Shown piece after piece: positions 1 to 12,055 of a stretch of DNA of 64,000 bases. A program made the position numbers and the translations under genes. The notes beneath the pieces are model-generated. The model saw only the letters and a program-made list of their open reading frames with translations. It searched no databases and had not been told where the DNA came from. The stretch is from Octopus sinensis (lineage: Eukaryota), in NCBI RefSeq assembly GCF_006345805.1, contig NC_043005.1, positions 35,030,001 to 35,094,000 of the forward strand, read 5' to 3'. Positions within the stretch are counted from its first letter, which is position 1. The number at the start of each line of letters is the position of its first letter.

Positions 1-328
1 GGAATAAAAAATAAAATATCAAATAAAATTCATAATAAATCATTAAGAAATATTTTAATCATAATATTAATGCAGTTATGAAATATCAAAATAGCTCATA
101 TTAATCTGCGATAATCTTCTATAATGCTGGTATTTAGTTGTGATAATTTATGTTTACAGTTCAATTCCCTCTGAAGCCTACTTTGCTGATTATCCTTCTA
201 GAATCAATAAAATAAAGTACCAGTCATTATTCAGTTTTATTTCAAACTTTTTTGCCAATAAAGAAAGAGCCAGTTTCTAACCTAGATTCAAGGCTCCTTC
301 ATTGGAATTTCAACATCAACAGGGTATA

Positions 329-330
329 TA

Positions 331-387
<57 letters not shown>

Positions 388-555
388 GTGTGCATGTATG
401 TATGTATGTATGTATGTATGCATGTATGTATGTATGTATGTATGTATGTATGCATGCATGCATTCAGGCAGGCAGGCAGGCAGGCAGGCAGGTAGGTAGG
501 TAGGTATGTATGTATGTATGTATGTATGTATGTATGTATGTATGTATGTATGTAT
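329..555. repeat. Compound microsatellite (TG)n(TATG)n(CAGG)n
   Basis: Direct reading. Confidence 0.95.
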
Positions 556-961
556 GGAACAATGGGCAGAGAAACTCTTGAGAGTCAGCGGCCATCCAAT
601 AAATGTGTTAAGGCTGTATCATGTGCGGGGACATAGAAATAATTGGACTGAATACCCGATCGCACGGTTAAACCATTGGGAGTGAAGGACTCCTAGCCTT
701 TGTTAGGGCATCCTTCTAGGAGAAGGTAACTCAGGTAACTGGGATAACTCCGACATAGAACCTGCGGCTCAGTGGTTACCGATGATGTTGACTTGTTCTT
801 CTTTTCAGATTATGGCTGCTGTTGCTTAGTGAGTGAGATTGACTCAATGCACAGCCTTTCCTCACTTTAAAAAAAATCTTCTTGCACAGGCATTGCACGA
901 TAACAACATTGATTAAGCTTCGTGCAAAGGCCACACTCGATAATGAGGGGGCAGCCACCAT
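556..961 (+). mobile_element. Non-coding retroposon with an (ATGT)n tail
   Basis: Shares body and 3' end with 7909-8188 (-); shares the 3' 45 bp with 51368-51411 (-). Confidence 0.65.
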
Positions 962-2454
962 GTATGTATGTAAGTATGTATGTATGTATATATGTATAGA
1001 TAAGTGAGTGTGTATATATGTGTGTGCCCCCTTTATCCCCCTTTCCCAAAGGTCTGCTGCTTATATTGAAATAATGTCCCCAGTGAATAAACAATGGATC
1101 TTATAAACTAAGATTTACATTTTACTACCTTCAATGTTTCTACGATTTCTTGGATTCTGTTCCTTTACATTTTGAGTTCAAATTCTGTTAAGGAAGACTT
1201 TAAAATACCTTCTTCAAGGAACGATAAAATAATCATTTGCTGAGGAGACGTAAATTAACTCCATGCTAATTATTACCTTTGGGTCCTTGTGCCAATGTTA
1301 GAGATTTTTACAATTACATTCCTTTTTGCTACAGGTACCTCTACTGGCACACCATCAATTATGACTACAAGGGTTCCAGTTGATCCGATCAATGGAACAG
1401 CCTGCTCGTGAAATTAATGTTCTAATGACTGAACACTACACATGATATGTGTACCCTTAAAATAAATCTCAGGGAGATTCAGTGTGATACGGATTGTGAC
1501 AAATCGGTCCCTTCGCGTTACAGGTACAACTCATTTTTTTCCAGCTGAGTGGACTGAAACAATGTAAAATAAATTGTCTTGCTCAAGGACACAACAAGTT
1601 GCAGGGAATTGAAACCATGACTTTATGATCATGAGCTGAATACCCTAACCACTAAGCTAAGAGCCTTCTTTTGCTTTAGGTACAGGGCCTGAAAGGAATA
1701 AGTCAATTACATTAATCCCAGTGCTCAACTGGTATGTATTTCATCAACCCCATGAAAGGCCAAGATGAGCTTAGTGAAATTTGAACTCAGAATGTAAAAA
1801 CAGACGAAATGTCACAAAACATTTTGCACAGTGTGCTAACAATTCTGCCAGCTTGCAGTCTTAATCTTTGCAATTAATATTAATTCTGCAGCATTACAGA
1901 TGATGAAATGTTGAATTTAATTCCACCCTATTCCTAATAATATTTGGCCATTTTCCCCGGATGTTTCTTTTACCCTTTAGCATTCAGATTACTCTATAAA
2001 ATAAATATTAATGACAGAAGCAGTATTTATGCTAAGAGGTAATATTTATTTACACTTAAACATGAGCAATCTGTTAGAACAAACTATACTGTGGTAGATA
2101 CCATGAGAGAAACTCTCATATTGGCTTTTGGTGCAAAATGCAAGCTTGTTTATATTGCTAGTGGGGAGATAAATCCCCACCAATTCCAGCACTGAGACCA
2201 CTAAATCATGTGATTTCAACCTACCTTGGTCTCATCAGTGATGGATGGTGAACTGCTAGAGATAACAGCAACTCATCTCCCCACTAGCGATATATAGAAA
2301 ATTAGTGTCTGAACAGGTACTGGTGTTTCGATTGGCCAGTGGTTTTGTTAAACAATATATATTAGTGACACATCTAATGCTTTTTCATTCATATTGTTTT
2401 TAATTAATTATACATTATCTCGTAGCTTTAAAATTTGAATGATATTCTTTTATT

Positions 2455-2863
2455 CTTTTATTCATTTATTTGTTTCAGTCGTTTGACTGTAGCCATGCTG
2501 GAGCACCACCCTGAGGGGTTTTAGTTGAACAAATTGACCCCAGGACTTATTTTTTAAGCCTAGTACTTATTCTATCAGTCTCTTTTGTTGAGCCGCTAAA
2601 TTACAGGGATGTAAACACACCAGCACCAGTTGTCAAGCAGTGGTGGGGGGACAAACATGGACACAAAGACACACACACACATGTATACATATATATATAA
2701 ACGATGGGCTTCTTTCAGTTTGTCTACCAAATCCACTCATAAGGCTTTGGTTGGTCCGAGGCTATAGTAGAAGACACTCGCTCAAGGCACCACACAGTGG
2801 GACTGAACCCAGAACCATATGGTTGGAAAGCAAGCTTCTTACCACACAGCCAAGCCTGTGCCT
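2455..2863 (-). mobile_element. tRNA-derived SINE (family starting ggcacaggagtggctgtgtggtaag)
   Basis: Copies at 6858-7225 (+), 7302-7440 (+), 12640-13038 (-), 26277-26655 (+); tRNA-like A/B boxes and an internal microsatellite. Confidence 0.8.
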
Positions 2864-2959
2864 GCATTGTAGAGTAGGTGGGAAAAGTTGGATCAGACCT
2901 GTTTGAACATAAAACCAGTAGAAAATTTGGGCCAAACATGTTAAATGCTACAAGGTAAA

Positions 2960-3186
2960 CACTTTTGATAGGATCCCACCTGAGGCCACTACTGGCTCTA
3001 TGATACAAAATTCATGCTTTAAATTGATCCAAATTAAAACTTTCCATGAAAATTCTATGTTGATTTATGTTTGAAACACCAGCTTAATAATAACAAAGTT
3101 ATTTTTACTAAATTCTTCATTATTTTATAAATTAATTGAAATAAAGCCTGTGTATTTCAGCAGAAATATGGTAAGAAAAGGGTTAA
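2960..3186. mobile_element. piggyBac-like non-autonomous end (..aagggTTAA)
   Basis: Homologous copy at about 49905-50107 ends in the same atggtaagaa.agggttaa. Confidence 0.5.
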
Positions 3187-3445
3187 AGTTATCTAGGTGA
3201 TCCTTTTTGAGAAGTACAGCTCTGTGCAGTCATTCATACTGATAGAAAAAGCAAGGAAATTCCTATCCAGTCACACACTGCAATTTAAAAAAAAAAAAAA
3301 CAACGCAATGAATAATAATGAGAGTTGATGATATACAAAAGAAGAGATGGTCACAGGTGGAATGTCTTTATGTATTTGATCAGATCTGAATATCAATACC
3401 AGCACCAGCACCAGCACCAGCACCAGCACCAGCACCACCTCCACC

Positions 3446-3477
<32 letters not shown>

Positions 3478-3946
3478 CACCAGCAGCAGCAACAACATTT
3501 ATTGAGCAAAAACACCTAAAGCTCCTCGATGCTCCGGCAGGGGGTGGTGGCGACCCCTGTTGTACTCTTTCGCTCCAACTTTCTCTCACTCTTTCTTCCT
3601 GTTTCTTGTCCCCGACTTCCTATGCAACCGCTGAGCCTGGATGCGCATTCATCCATCTGTCAATGCTCTCAGTGTCAGGGGTTGACCTGCTTTCTCTTCT
3701 GCGGGTCTTACGAATAGCAAAGGACCACGTTTCGGACTTCTCCCACTACAGAGGCTCGATCATGTGAGCTCTGGGATGAAGACCGCTTTGCTCAACAGCA
3801 ACAGCAACAGCAGCAACAACAACATCAACAACAACGACAAACTATAACTATTTAATAAAGAATAGCTGAGGGTATTTGTGAATTTAGCAGACTGTTGGTG
3901 GTATATAAACATATACTACAGCTCTGTAGAGAAAAGATATATTTAC

Positions 3947-4281
3947 TTACGTGGTTTTATCTGAATAAATGAATTGGTCTGATGTCTTTCGTGGAGAAGA
4001 ACTATTGTTTTTTTGAGTCTTGCCAGAGATCCTTCTAGCATCAGAAATCCTTCTAGATTCAGAGATCCTTTTAGGATCAGAGGTCTTTCTAGAATCTCTA
4101 CGAACACTGCCTAGTGACAGCCGTTCTGTCTCGGTAGTAGCAGCTACTTCCACTCTGTGGCGGCGCAAGCATTTACATGGCAAGACATTGGAAATGTAAT
4201 TTCTATTGAAAATCAGGTAAATCCATGGATTAGTGCAGCTGTTTAGACATGCCATCAGTAGAATTACTACGACACCAGCAT
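3947..4281 (-). CDS. CTR2: Cephalotocin receptor 2, last exon (TM7 and C-tail)
   Basis: tttttag|AT completes AAT (Asn), then AGVVVILLMACLNSCTNPWIY...SDKTT stop. NSCxNPWIY and an intron between TM6 and TM7 are hallmarks of this receptor family. Confidence 0.96.
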
Positions 4282-4429
4282 CTAAAAATGTTGGAAATAT
4301 AGAAGAAGAAAAAAGTTAAAAAGGAATATCAAAATCAAAATTGGAATAATGGAATAAATTGAAATATAAAAATTATTTCTGGTTGCTGTAATTCCTTCAG
4401 GAAGATAGCCCTGCTCAATCTGTATAAAA

Positions 4430-5745
4430 GCCATGGGTAGAAACTCCATATGATATACCTGGTGTAAGCTATGGACACACAGAAGGTGCAGCAATATCAA
4501 AGGAAGGTTAACCAGGAAGATAGTTTTTGTGTGTAGCAGATGCACAGGGGCAATAAACACTGAAGATGTATAGAAAATAGATTCCATCACATGCAAGGGG
4601 GAAAACTGGAAGTAGTTAATAGTCTGTAGTGGGGGTAGTTGCTCTGAGAGTGTAGTGGCTAGAATAACTATAGCCTGGGAAAAGTTCAAAGAGCTCCCAC
4701 CTCTACTGGCAACTAAGGGCTTCTTGCTCAGGATGAAAGGTAGACTGTATGAGGCATGTGGTCGAACTGCCGTGCTACACGGCAGTGAAATATGGACCAT
4801 GACTGCTGAGGACGTGCAGAGGCTTGAAAGAAATGAAGCTAGCATGATCCACTGGATGTGTAATGTCACTGTGCATATACGAGTGTAAGTGCCCTCAGAG
4901 AAAAGTTGAACTTAAGAAGCATCAAATGTGGTGTGCAAGAAAGACAACTGCACTGGTATGGTCATGTGTTACATATGGATGAAGACAGCTGTGTGAGGAA
5001 GTGCCACTCCCTAACTGTGGAAGCCACCTGTGGAAGAGGTAGACCCAGCAAGACATAGGACGAGGTGGTGAGCCATGACCTTCGAACATTGGGCCTCACA
5101 GAGGCAATGACAGGAGACCAAGACTTGGAAATATGCTGTGATTGAGAAGAGCCAGCAACTAAATTGAGATTGCAGCCATAGCCTATGCTAGTGTTGCATA
5201 TCCGGCCCATTTAAGTGTACCCTTGATGTGCTGGCCTATATGATATGCTTGAGAAGACCTGTTGAGTCAAGTAAACCCAAAATCGTAGCTGTGGCCAGTG
5301 CCCCTTGACTGGCTCCTGTTCAAGTGGCACATAAAATGCATCACCCGAATATGGTTAATGCCAGTGCTACCTGACTGGCTCCTGTGCCAGTGGCATGTAA
5401 AAAGCACCATCTGAACAAGGTCAATGCTAGGTCTGCCTGACTGGCTCCCGTGCCAGTGGCACGTAAAAGGCACCATCCGAACGTGGCCGATGCCAGTATC
5501 CCCTGACTGGCTCTCATGCCAGTGGCACGTAAAAAGCACTATCCGAATGTGATTGATGCCAGCATGGCCTGACTGGCCCCCATGCCAGTGGCACATAAAA
5601 AGCACCATCTGAATGTAGCTGATGCTAGTACCCGCTGACTGGCTCCTGTGCCAGTAAAATGCACTATCTGAACATGATCGATGCCAGGCCTGCCTGACTG
5701 GCTCCCGAGCTGGTGACATATAAAAAGCACCCACTACACTCTCGG
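4430..5745 (+). mobile_element. RTE-clade LINE 3' fragment in CTR2 intron 2
   Basis: ARITIAWEKFKELPPLLATKG...KGRLYEACGRTAVLHGSEIW..., WYGHV, RGRP; followed by a 60-bp tandem array. Confidence 0.82.
5290..5735 (+). repeat. About 60 bp minisatellite, 7-8 copies, in the RTE 3' region
   Basis: Unit ctgactggctcctgtgccagtggcacgtaaaaagcaccatccgaa..gatgccagt. Confidence 0.88.
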
Positions 5746-5792
5746 AGATTAGAATTAGTGGAAATAAATGGAAGATGAAAAATGTTACTTAC

Positions 5793-6729
5793 TTCCAACA
5801 ACTGTTTCATCAAACAGCCACCAGATCTGAGAGACAAAAAACGGTGACCAGCATATTATGTATGTGACTATCACAGCAAATGTAAGTTTCACAGAGTTGA
5901 GTTTTGCTTTGGAAAAACCATGCACTGAATGTGTTCTCAAGATTACTCCCTTTTTTTTCCGTCTCTGTGGATAACGAGTGTTTGCGTCTTTTTTAGTTTT
6001 AATGGCATGTCGATATTTTGCCCATATTGTATAGCAGATGGAACCATACGTGAAGAACAGAATCAAGATTGGGATGAGATAAAGAGCAAAAAAGATGTAT
6101 AAAGCATAAGCTGTGAGGACCCAAGCAGGTTCAAAATGAACCCAGCAGTCATAAATGCCACTTCCTTCATTTACCTCTTGCATTTGAAACAAGATTGCTT
6201 GTGGGATGCTAAAAATGGTAGCAATTGCATAAGCTATAAATATCTTACAATACACCATGCATGGAGTCCAAGTTTGGTTAGAGAGGGGATGACAAATTGC
6301 TCGATATCTGTCAACAGCTGTCATGATTAAGATATATGTAGACAAGTATAATGAAAACATCTGAGCATATTTGATGAAGCGGCACATGGCATCACCAGCC
6401 ATAAATCGAAATGTGATGTCCCATATAAGCTGTGGCAAAATGTTAAAGAAAGCAACTATGAGGTCTGCAATACTCAGGTGCAATATAAACATTTGCATGC
6501 GACGAACCTTTTTACGGCGCCATAAAAGGACCAACAGAACACAAAGATTATTGATAATTGCCAGAGTGAAACATGTACCCAACACAGCAATTTCAATTTT
6601 GACAAGTTTTTCATCTCGAATTGGATGGCTGCTGTTTGTGTTGTTGAGGAAGTCTGTTGTTGGTATTGTGCTTTGTGTATAGAAATCCAGGAAAAAACCT
6701 GATGGAGACGTACTTTCCACTTCCATTGC
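5793..6729 (-). CDS. CTR2: Cephalotocin receptor 2 (vasopressin/oxytocin-family class A GPCR), main exon, N-terminus to TM6
   Basis: Translation contains FILHLSIADLIVAFFNILPQLIWDITFRF, DRY, DCW and CWSPFF, typical of VP/OT receptors. Acceptor ttttgcag at 6730, donor A|GTAAGT at 5792 (phase 1). Confidence 0.96.
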
Positions 6730-7229
6730 CTGCAAAATCAAAAAAACAAAAAACATAAAGCAATATATAAATTATTTATAAATATAACTGAAAGATTGGT
6801 CGATTGTTATGGAAATTAAACACACAGACCAAACAATGAAAATCACATATATATAGTAGGCACAGGAGTGGCTGTGTGGTAAGTAGCTTGCTTACCAGCC
6901 ACATAGTTCCAGGTTTAGTCCCACTGCATGGCACCTTGTGTAGGTGTCTTCTGCTATAGCCTCAAGCTGCCCAAATCCCTGTGAGACAGAAACTGAAAGA
7001 AGCCCGTTGTGTATATATATATGTGTGTGTGTGTGTTTGTCCATCCAACATTGCTTGACAACTGATGCTGGTGTGTTTACGTCCCCGTAACTTAGCAGTT
7101 TGGCAAGAGACCGATAGAATAAGTACTAGGCTTACAAAGAAAAAGTCCTGGGGTCGATTTGGTAGACTAAAAGTGGTGCTCCAGCATGGCTGCAGTCAAA
7201 ATGACTGAAACAAATAAACAAATAAAAGA

Positions 7230-7273
<44 letters not shown>

Positions 7274-7908
7274 CATATATATATAAATATATATATATAT
7301 AGGCACAGGAGTGACTGTGTGGTAAGTGGATTGCTTACCAACCAGATGGTTCTGGGTTCAGTCCTACTGTGCAGCACCTTGGGTAAGTGTTTTCTACTAT
7401 AGCCTCAGGCCAACCAAAGCCTTGTAAGTGGATTTGGTAGTCAGATTTAAAATATTGGAATTCATCATCATTATCAGCTACCACTACCATTATCAACACT
7501 GCCACCACCACCACCACCACCTTGATACTTAAAATCTCAGGTGAGTATAAGTAATCAGACCATAAGCCTTTTACTCCCTCTTCCTCCCACTTATCATCTC
7601 TACGAAATGGTGAAGTTATGCAGCAGTGTCAAAATAGAGTGAGCTTTGCTCTTCTCTCTACCTAACAAACAATACCACGATTATTTCAACTGTCATGGCT
7701 ACAGTTTCTATCAGTTTACACTGATGTAGTAGCATTCTTTTAACACATCTTGTTGTTGGGTTAACAAACAACAGAGCCTTTGCGGGAGTAAGATATAGAA
7801 AAAGGAGAAAATAGTATAAATAGTTTAGGTAATCTATATTTTACTGAGTCTTTATCTACTACCTACATATATGCCTGTATACATTCATACATACATGCAT
7901 ACATATAC

Positions 7909-8188
7909 ATGGTGGCTGCTCCCTCGTTATCGAGTATGGCCATTGCACGAAGCTTAATCCCAATGGTTTAACCGTGTGATCGGGTATTCAGGCCGATTAT
8001 TTCTATGTCCCTGCGCATGATACATCCTTAAGACATTTATTGGATGGCCGTTGACTCTCAAGAGTTCCTCCGCCCTTTGACGGGTTGTGTTTTTCATCCC
8101 GCAGGGTGTCCAATAAACACCTAGTAACATGTAACCCAGTACAACCTGTTGCATGGTCGGGTCGTTGGCGACTAAACCGGCAACCCCA
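7909..8188 (-). mobile_element. Same retroposon family as 556-961, internally deleted
   Basis: Direct sequence similarity to 556-680 and 910-961. Confidence 0.65.
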
Positions 8189-8205
8189 TACATATACATA
8201 CATAT

Positions 8206-8262
<57 letters not shown>

Positions 8263-8339
8263 CATGTATGTATGTGTGTATGTACATACGTACGTATGTA
8301 TGTATGTATGTATATATATATATTTATATATATAGTGTA

Positions 8340-9306
8340 CTGTTCCATGATGGTAAGATCAGCAAAAAAAAAAAACACAATAAACACAATATTTGTTTTT
8401 ATGTGCTACTATTAGTTTCATGTACTGAGAACATGCCAAATAGTGTCTTATAACATGTCATGTGTACCACTACAATCATCAGACACTGCTCACATGGCAT
8501 AATGAACTAAAAATGAGACAAGTGATAAAGTGAGAAAAGGTGAGAAGGAAGTATATATAAAAGGTGGAAGATTGAAAAACCAGAAAATAAAAAAGAAATC
8601 AGAAATAAACAAAAAAGGATAATAAGAATTATTTCCCTTAGACCGTAAACTATAATGCTGAAAAGATTGTCGCTGAGAGCTTAAACCCTACACAATTCAG
8701 TGAGGAAAGTACTTTCCAATTCATCAACAGGAACTTAAGCATATGCTTACAACCGCTGAAAATTTTGGATCTAGAGTTCAGCAGTGAGTCACAGTTTTTA
8801 AATCTGAGTGTTTTCAGCTACACATAGCTTACATTTTTTTGATTTGTAAACCTAAGATGTGGATTTTCCAACTATTTTCCACTTTATCATGTGTGGTGCA
8901 GCGTTTGATTTCAAAACCCATACATGATTAGCCAACTTAGTAGCTATACTTTTGTGTCAGTGTCAGAAGGAAGATATGTTGGTTAGCATAGTGATTTTTA
9001 AAGTTGCCTTCACATAGTCTGATGTAGTTCTTCTTATCTGGTTGTGTTATCATCTAGCATTGCTGTAACCTCTGCCTCATATATGCTGGTCAGGTAGACA
9101 GGTTCCTGGGTCTCAACAGTTACGACTGAGAGTAGGCTCTTGGTGTTGATCTTGTGTAATGATACTCTTCATATAAGGGCAGCAGTTATATCGTAATTTC
9201 ACTGAGTACCTGTTAAATATTTTCTTGTATCTGTGTACCTGTACTATTTGGCATGTTCTGAGCACATGAAACTAATAGTAGCACATAAAAACAAATATTG
9301 TGTTTA
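8340..9306 (-). mobile_element. 5'-truncated Penelope-like element (GIY-YIG remnant, HHR-bearing pLTR, inverted partial pLTR)
   Basis: Broken minus-strand frames at about 8860-9130 read like IYEAEV..KNYIRLCEGNFKNHYAN..SSF..TKLANHVWVLK..IKWKIV. 9244-9306 is the reverse complement of 8381-8443. Confidence 0.72.
8403..8486 (-). ncRNA. Type I hammerhead ribozyme in the 3' pLTR of a Penelope-like element
   Basis: gtgt CTGATGA t tgta...taca t GAAA ctaatag TA gcac: intact core, helix I gtgt/gcac, GUA cleavage triplet. Confidence 0.72.
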
Positions 9307-9439
9307 CTAAACAATATATATATACGTATATAGGTAGATAGGTAGATATAAGTGTGGGTTGGTATAAGGAATGACAAAAATATTCCTCAACAAATTCCAT
9401 CTGACCCAAGCAAGCATAAAAACTGGGCATTAAAACAAT

Positions 9440-10060
9440 GAAGTGATGAGGATGGAATATTACCAGTATAGATCTGGGAAGACCATAGTTTAAAATAAAC
9501 ACTTGATGACTATAAGTAATGGTTATTTGTAACATTCACTGATATTCACTCAATTCTAAACAGCTTTTAATTTTAAAAATTTTTTATCAGAATGGCTTCT
9601 TTAATCTGTAGGTTACTGATGTTATAGTCTATTGCCGTAACGGTGAATATTATATCCTTACTCATATTCCTGTAGTCTCAAGGTATTTGTTGAAAAGTGA
9701 TGTACATGTGTGCTGTGATGTTCTTTGATTCAGATGTGTAATTGCTGAATTATGTTGCTGTCAACATAGAATTTGTTGCATTTGGTACATTGGTTCTGAT
9801 ATATAATGTAAATGTATTTATGAGATAAAGCTCCAGCATACATAAGTTTTTTGTTGGTGAAGAGACATATCTTGCATAGACATTTTCATGAGAAGCCTTT
9901 GAGCTGGCTGGCTGTATATCTTGTCCTTTTTAAATATATGGCCATGATTATAGTGGAGGTTGTGCTGTTGTTGAATTGTGATAACTTTAGAAACAGATGT
10001 TGGAAAAAGTTTTTTCTAGTTCTTCTGCTTAGGAAGCTGAAGTCACTTAAGTATTATTAG
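9440..10060 (-). mobile_element. Second decayed Penelope-like fragment (GIY-YIG region)
   Basis: Minus strand at about 9720-9810 reads IYQ..CTKCNKFYV..QLHI*IKEH, resembling the PLE endonuclease motif. Confidence 0.5.
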
Positions 10061-10069
10061 AATGCTGCT

Positions 10070-11232
10070 GAAAGGTTGCAAGCTGACTGAATTGTTAGCA
10101 TGTCTTTACCTTCTAAGTTCAAATTCCACCAAGGTCAACTTTGCCTTTCATCCCTCCAGGGTCAATAAAATAAGTACCATTTGAGTACTGGAGTCAATGT
10201 AATTGACTTAACCTCTCCCAGGAAATTTCTGGCCTTGTGGCAAAATTTGAAACCATTATTAGAATGCTGGGTATTATTAGAATGAAACAGGTATTATTGT
10301 ACCCCGCTTCTCACTATCTACTCGTGCTACTACATACAATTCTATCTGTCTATGGGTATTATGAGTAAGTATTATCTTGAGTTTAAGGACTCATAGGGCC
10401 AGTTATCCAGTTTCCATGGTATTTAAGTGATCAAGATCACAAGATTCTTCCTGAATGGGAATGCAGTCAGGAATGCCACACCATAAACACTTGACAGTAT
10501 ACCTTCATATTATTATTATGAGATGGCTTAAGGCAGCGAGCTGACAGAACCATTAGCATGCTAGGAAAAATGGTTAGTGGCGTTTCGTCTGTCTATGTTC
10601 TGAGTTCAAATTCAGCTGAGGTTAATTTTACCTTTCATCCTTTTGGGGATCAATGAAGTAAGTACCAGTTATGCACTGGGGTCAATGTAATCGACTAGTT
10701 CCCTCCCCACAAATTTCAGACCTTGTGCCTATAATAGAAAGGATTGTTATGAGATGGCTTTAAGGTGGCAAACTGGCAGAATCATTAGTATGTTGGGCAA
10801 AATGCTTAGTTGTATTTTGTCTGTCTTTATGTTCTGAGTTCAAGTTCTGCTGTGGTCAACGTTGCTCTTCATCATTTTGATAAGTACAAGTAAAGTGTTG
10901 GGGTCAATACAATCAATTTACCTCCTCACTATAATTGTTGGCCTTGTGCCAAAATTTGAAATCATCATCATCATCATCATCATTATTATTATTATTATTA
11001 TGAAGGCTGGACAAAATACTTAGCGGTATTTCGCCTGTTGGTATGTTCTGAGTTCAAACTCTACTGAGGTCAACTTCACCTTTCATCCTTTCAGCATCGA
11101 TAAAATAAGTACCAGTTAAACACTGGGGTTGATGCAATCGACCTTTCCCTTCTCCCAAAACTGCTGCCCTTGTGGCAAAATTTGAAACCACCACCACCAT
11201 CACCACCACCACCACCACCACCACCATCATCA

Positions 11233-11297
<65 letters not shown>

Positions 11298-11515
11298 TAT
11301 TAAGGCAGTGAGCTGGCAGAACTGTTTGTACACTGGGAAAAATGCTTAGTGGTATTTTGTCTGTCTGTATATTCTGAGTTCAAATTCTACTGAGGTCACT
11401 TTGCCTTTCATCCTTTCAGGGTTGGCAAAATAAGTACCAGTTGAGTATTGGGGTTGATGTAATTGACTTACCTCTTCCCCTAAAATTGCTGGCCTTGAGC
11501 CGAAATTGGAAATTA
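10070..11515 (+). mobile_element. Head-to-tail cluster of about 5-6 copies of a ~210 bp tRNA-derived SINE
   Basis: Repeated ggcgagctggcagaa...gttctgagttcaaatt...ttgcctttcatcc...aagtaccagtt units separated by ATT/ATC microsatellites. Confidence 0.8.
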
Positions 11516-12021
11516 TTTTTATTATGTAGAGTATTGTCCCTCAGGCTTTTCATTGATATTCATTATCAGTTTCATCAAGGATAAACATTATTATAAACAG
11601 CGACCCGATGCAGGTTCACTGGTAGGATTTGAACATGTATTGGTGACATTAATTAATTAATTGTGCAACAGAGCACATACCTCTCCCCCCCTCTCTTCCT
11701 TCTCCCAAATTAGGCAATTACATTTATTTATATTTTGTGCTATATATTTTGACTGTGTTGTTATCTCTTTAATTAGTTAATTAATTAGTATAGCAGGACA
11801 TTAATATAAGATGTGGAATGCAACTTGTTCTTGTCCTGTTCTTCTTATTTGTCACTGGGTCCCGTATGACCACTGACCACTGGCTGGGACTGATAAAAAA
11901 AAAAGTATCATTGTCTGCCACCACTGCTGCAGCCCTACCCATCATCATCATCGTCGTTGTCATCGTCGTCGTCGTTGTCGTCGTCATCATCATCATCATC
12001 ATCACCACCACCACCACCACC

Positions 12022-12055
<34 letters not shown>

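Noticed and set aside
252-503. Low-complexity ORFs (VCVC, YIYI, poly-I/M/H) here and throughout the window
   Set aside because: Translations of microsatellites.
5290-5735. CRISPR-like appearance of the 60 bp array and its ORFs
   Set aside because: No unique spacers and no cas genes; eukaryotic LINE context.
6730-6756. N-terminal MFFVFLILQ of the 323 aa ORF
   Set aside because: It is the polypyrimidine tract and acceptor of the intron, not coding sequence.
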